Positions 35,718 to 37,813 of a stretch of DNA of 37,813 nt are shown here, piece after piece. A program made the position numbers and the translations under genes. The stretch is from a virus. Lineage: Duplodnaviria > Caudoviricetes. The DNA lies in IMG/VR virus record IMGVR_UViG_3300022181_000109, positions 1-37,813 of that record. One strand, written 5' to 3'. Every line of letters begins with the position of its first letter. The stretch's first letter is position 1. The notes under the pieces are model-generated. The model saw only the letters and a program-made list of their open reading frames with translations. It was not told the DNA's origin and did no database searches.

Positions 35718-36458
35718 TCAGTCCTCAAAGAACAGTGGTGTTTCATTTTTCGCACTCGGGGCATCGCGATTCAGCCACCATTGCCAGTATTCTTCTGCCG
35801 TCCTAAATGGCCCTTTCCCTTGCTTGAAGGTCGCCTTGACTGCTCGCTCCCACGCCCGGGCTATCTGGGGCCAGCGGGCCATCTGTTCCTCGACATTTCG
35901 GGTCATGGGGCATAGAACGCACCCTACTCTGGTTTGGCCTTCGGCGTAGAGGCTGCATGTCTTGATCTTGCGTTTCCAGATGTACGACCAGACATCAGTT
36001 GTCGTCCAGTCGATGATTGGATGGAGGTATCGCTTTGTTGGGTCGCGGTAGCAGGACTCAACCATCTTGCGGGTCGCGCGTCGGTTACTCTCGGCCCAGC
36101 GGACGCCTGTCACAACAATGCGGCCATGCCCTCCACGTTCCTTCAGTTCCTGGCAGCAGTATCGGGCTTGCCTTCGCGGCGGCGAATGATTCCGCCGCAC
36201 CAGTTCCCACATCGTGTACGGGGGGCGATCAATCACCACATCCGCCTGCTCCTTGACATGCCGCACCACTTCGGGCGGGTCGCAGGTCGTCAGATTGTGG
36301 TGGGCGTCGTACTTTACGCCTGATCGCCGCACGAGGTCCAGGACGACGTCAGAGTCCTTGCCGCCGCTGTAGGCCACGTAGTATCCTTCGGCTGGCTCAA
36401 ACTCACGTAGGCGTTCGATGGCTATCTCGGCCAGCGTCTTGCCGCAGAGCGTGTTCAT
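35718..36458 (-). CDS. PAPS-reductase-family (PP-loop) protein
   Basis: YSGGKDS, RYCCQELKE, TGVRWAES, HPIIDWT and RVGCVLCP motifs; GGAGG RBS. Confidence 0.92.
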   Translation of the reverse strand: MNTLCGKTLAEIAIERLREFEPAEGYYVAYSGGKDSDVVLDLVRRSGVKYDAHHNLTTCDPPEVVRHVKEQADVVIDRPPYTMWELVRRNHSPPRRQARYCCQELKERGGHGRIVVTGVRWAESNRRATRKMVESCYRDPTKRYLHPIIDWTTTDVWSYIWKRKIKTCSLYAEGQTRVGCVLCPMTRNVEEQMARWPQIARAWERAVKATFKQGKGPFRTAEEYWQWWLNRDAPSAKNETPLFFED

Positions 36459-36520
36459 AGCATGACCTCCAGGCAATCCCCGCACAGCTGCCAGTACCGA
36501 ACCTGTTCTATCGTCATCAT
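36455..36520 (-). pseudogene. 21-codon ORF resembling the start of an amino-DNA methyltransferase
   Basis: MMTIEQVRYWQLCGDCLEVML*; GDCLEVM is a typical N4/N6 MTase N-terminal motif; ATGA-coupled at both ends. Confidence 0.45.
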
Positions 36521-37065
36521 GTCATTTTCTTTCCCGCCAACCTCTTGTCGTTCAGTCGCTCCAACTCGCGGAGGAAGGCAGCGGGCTTACCCAGCCAGTG
36601 ATACGTCCCATTGCTGCACAGGAACCGTGGCGATACGATCCTGCCGGGGCATCGGTCGCACGTCTTGGTGTTGTTGCCATGCTCTCTGCTGTAGGCACAG
36701 AAATAGCAATCACAGTAGATCCTTCCCGCGTCGTCTGGATAATGCTCTTGTATCCACTTTCTCTTTAGGGCCGGCACATCGGACTCCGGCTGCAATCTGG
36801 TCTCTCTCACGACATCCCGCCACATCGCGAGGCAACGGTTCCAAACTTCGTCGAGCGACAGGGATGGCTTCTTCTTCGCCTCCAGGATCTTCTTGGCGCT
36901 GCGCAGGGCTTGCAGGAGGGTCTTGCCTGAAGCGAGGTCTTTGTACGGATAGCGAGATATGACCCCAGATGATGGCTCTTGTACGCGCGTCCAGCCATCC
37001 CATTGAATCTCGATACAGAGTCCGTTGCGTCGTGCCCATCTCAACAGGCGTCTCAGCTCATCCAT
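36517..37065 (-). CDS. Hypothetical protein with Cys-rich C-terminal part
   Basis: CDCYFC...CDRCPG...C; GGAG RBS. Confidence 0.7.
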   Translation of the reverse strand: MDELRRLLRWARRNGLCIEIQWDGWTRVQEPSSGVISRYPYKDLASGKTLLQALRSAKKILEAKKKPSLSLDEVWNRCLAMWRDVVRETRLQPESDVPALKRKWIQEHYPDDAGRIYCDCYFCAYSREHGNNTKTCDRCPGRIVSPRFLCSNGTYHWLGKPAAFLRELERLNDKRLAGKKMT

Positions 37066-37071
37066 TTGTCG

Positions 37072-37260
37072 TCACTCCACACCCCCTCCGCGTGCCTGGC
37101 AGTCCTGGACGTCCCAGAACCGTAGACACCGCCGGCACAAGTGGGTGTTGTGGCCTGGGCGATAGACCCCTGGAAATTTGTGCATGTCATGCCCGTACAC
37201 CAGGCATTGCAGGGCCCGCCATACCCGCCAAAACAAACCGCTTCGGTCAATAAATCTCAT
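37072..37260 (-). CDS. Small zinc-finger-like phage protein
   Basis: CLVYGH...CRRC pattern. Confidence 0.55.
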   Translation of the reverse strand: MRFIDRSGLFWRVWRALQCLVYGHDMHKFPGVYRPGHNTHLCRRCLRFWDVQDCQARGGGVE

Positions 37261-37362
37261 CGTTTTCTCTTCTCTGCCTTTCCCACTCTTCCGGGATCGG
37301 CGTCGCGTTCGTTCGCGAACCGTCGCCCCAGATGTCCAGGTCGTGCCCACTGAGGTCCTCGT

Positions 37363-37392
37363 ATCTGCGTTCATCAGCGTTCATCCGCGGTT
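37363..37392 (+). repeat. Decamer array ATCHGCGKTY x3
   Basis: atctgcgttc atcagcgttc atccgcggtt. Confidence 0.8.
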
Positions 37393-37411
37393 CCATCCTC
37401 TGCCTCATCTC

Positions 37412-37813
37412 TCACGCCAAAGTCTCCGCCTCGTACAAAATGATCCGCTCGGCGAACCCATGCTCCAACTGTTGCAGCATCCGCACCGCCTCGTTTCGCC
37501 CCCCCGGCGCCACGATCAGCCGGTACCGCGCCGCCCGGTCGAACACCCCGTCGGCGTAGATTGCCCGATAGACCATCCGCCAAACTGATTTGCCGATCAG
37601 TTCGAGCCCAACCGGAGTGTCGCCCCGCTGTAAGGCGAATCGCACGCTACCGGCCAGGTCCGCCCGCTCTTCGACCGGCGGCAGTCCGCGGACCCGAGTC
37701 GGCAACGCCCCCGCGGAAGGTCGGGCGTACTCATTGCGGATCGTCGTAGGGTCCGAACCCAACCGCTCGCTCAAGGCGGGCACAGGTTGGCGTTGTGTCT
37801 TTCGTCGGGTCAT
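37412..37813 (-). CDS. Hypothetical protein (133 aa)
   Basis: ORF starting at the window end with a protein-like C-terminal half. Confidence 0.6.
   Translation of the reverse strand: MTRRKTQRQPVPALSERLGSDPTTIRNEYARPSAGALPTRVRGLPPVEERADLAGSVRFALQRGDTPVGLELIGKSVWRMVYRAIYADGVFDRAARYRLIVAPGGRNEAVRMLQQLEHGFAERIILYEAETLA

Larger units (their letters stand above)
1..37813. mobile_element. Temperate podovirus-like phage or prophage; att sites not visible
   Basis: Integrase plus complete packaging, head and short-tail modules; no tape measure or sheath gene. Confidence 0.93.

Noticed and set aside
1-37813. att sites, tRNA or rRNA genes
   Set aside because: None recognisable; the window starts at the integrase stop and ends at an ORF start, so the flanks are missing.

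Overview
High-GC temperate phage or prophage (about 37.8 kb, nearly all genes on the minus strand) with a T7/BPP-1-like podovirus virion module. Right to left it carries early/accessory genes (PAPS-reductase-like), a holin- and spanin-like cluster with no recognisable endolysin, a replication-like ORF, TerS, TerL, a degenerate TerL-nuclease-like ORF, a LuxR-type regulator, portal, scaffold, major capsid, a glycosyltransferase, three secreted-looking proteins, tail adaptor and nozzle, three ejection proteins, a beta-helix tailspike, a small divergent immunity-like pair, a C5 DNA methyltransferase and a tyrosine integrase. Domain style suggests a Planctomycetota (Phycisphaerae/Sedimentisphaerales-like) host, which is an inference. 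The most unusual signal is that five tail-module proteins, including the conserved nozzle and the tailspike, begin with Sec-type signal peptides while portal, capsid, scaffold and adaptor do not. Two of those peptides are encoded by inverted copies of a dispersed ~29-bp micro-repeat cassette. All product calls come from motif recognition by eye; no database searches were run.
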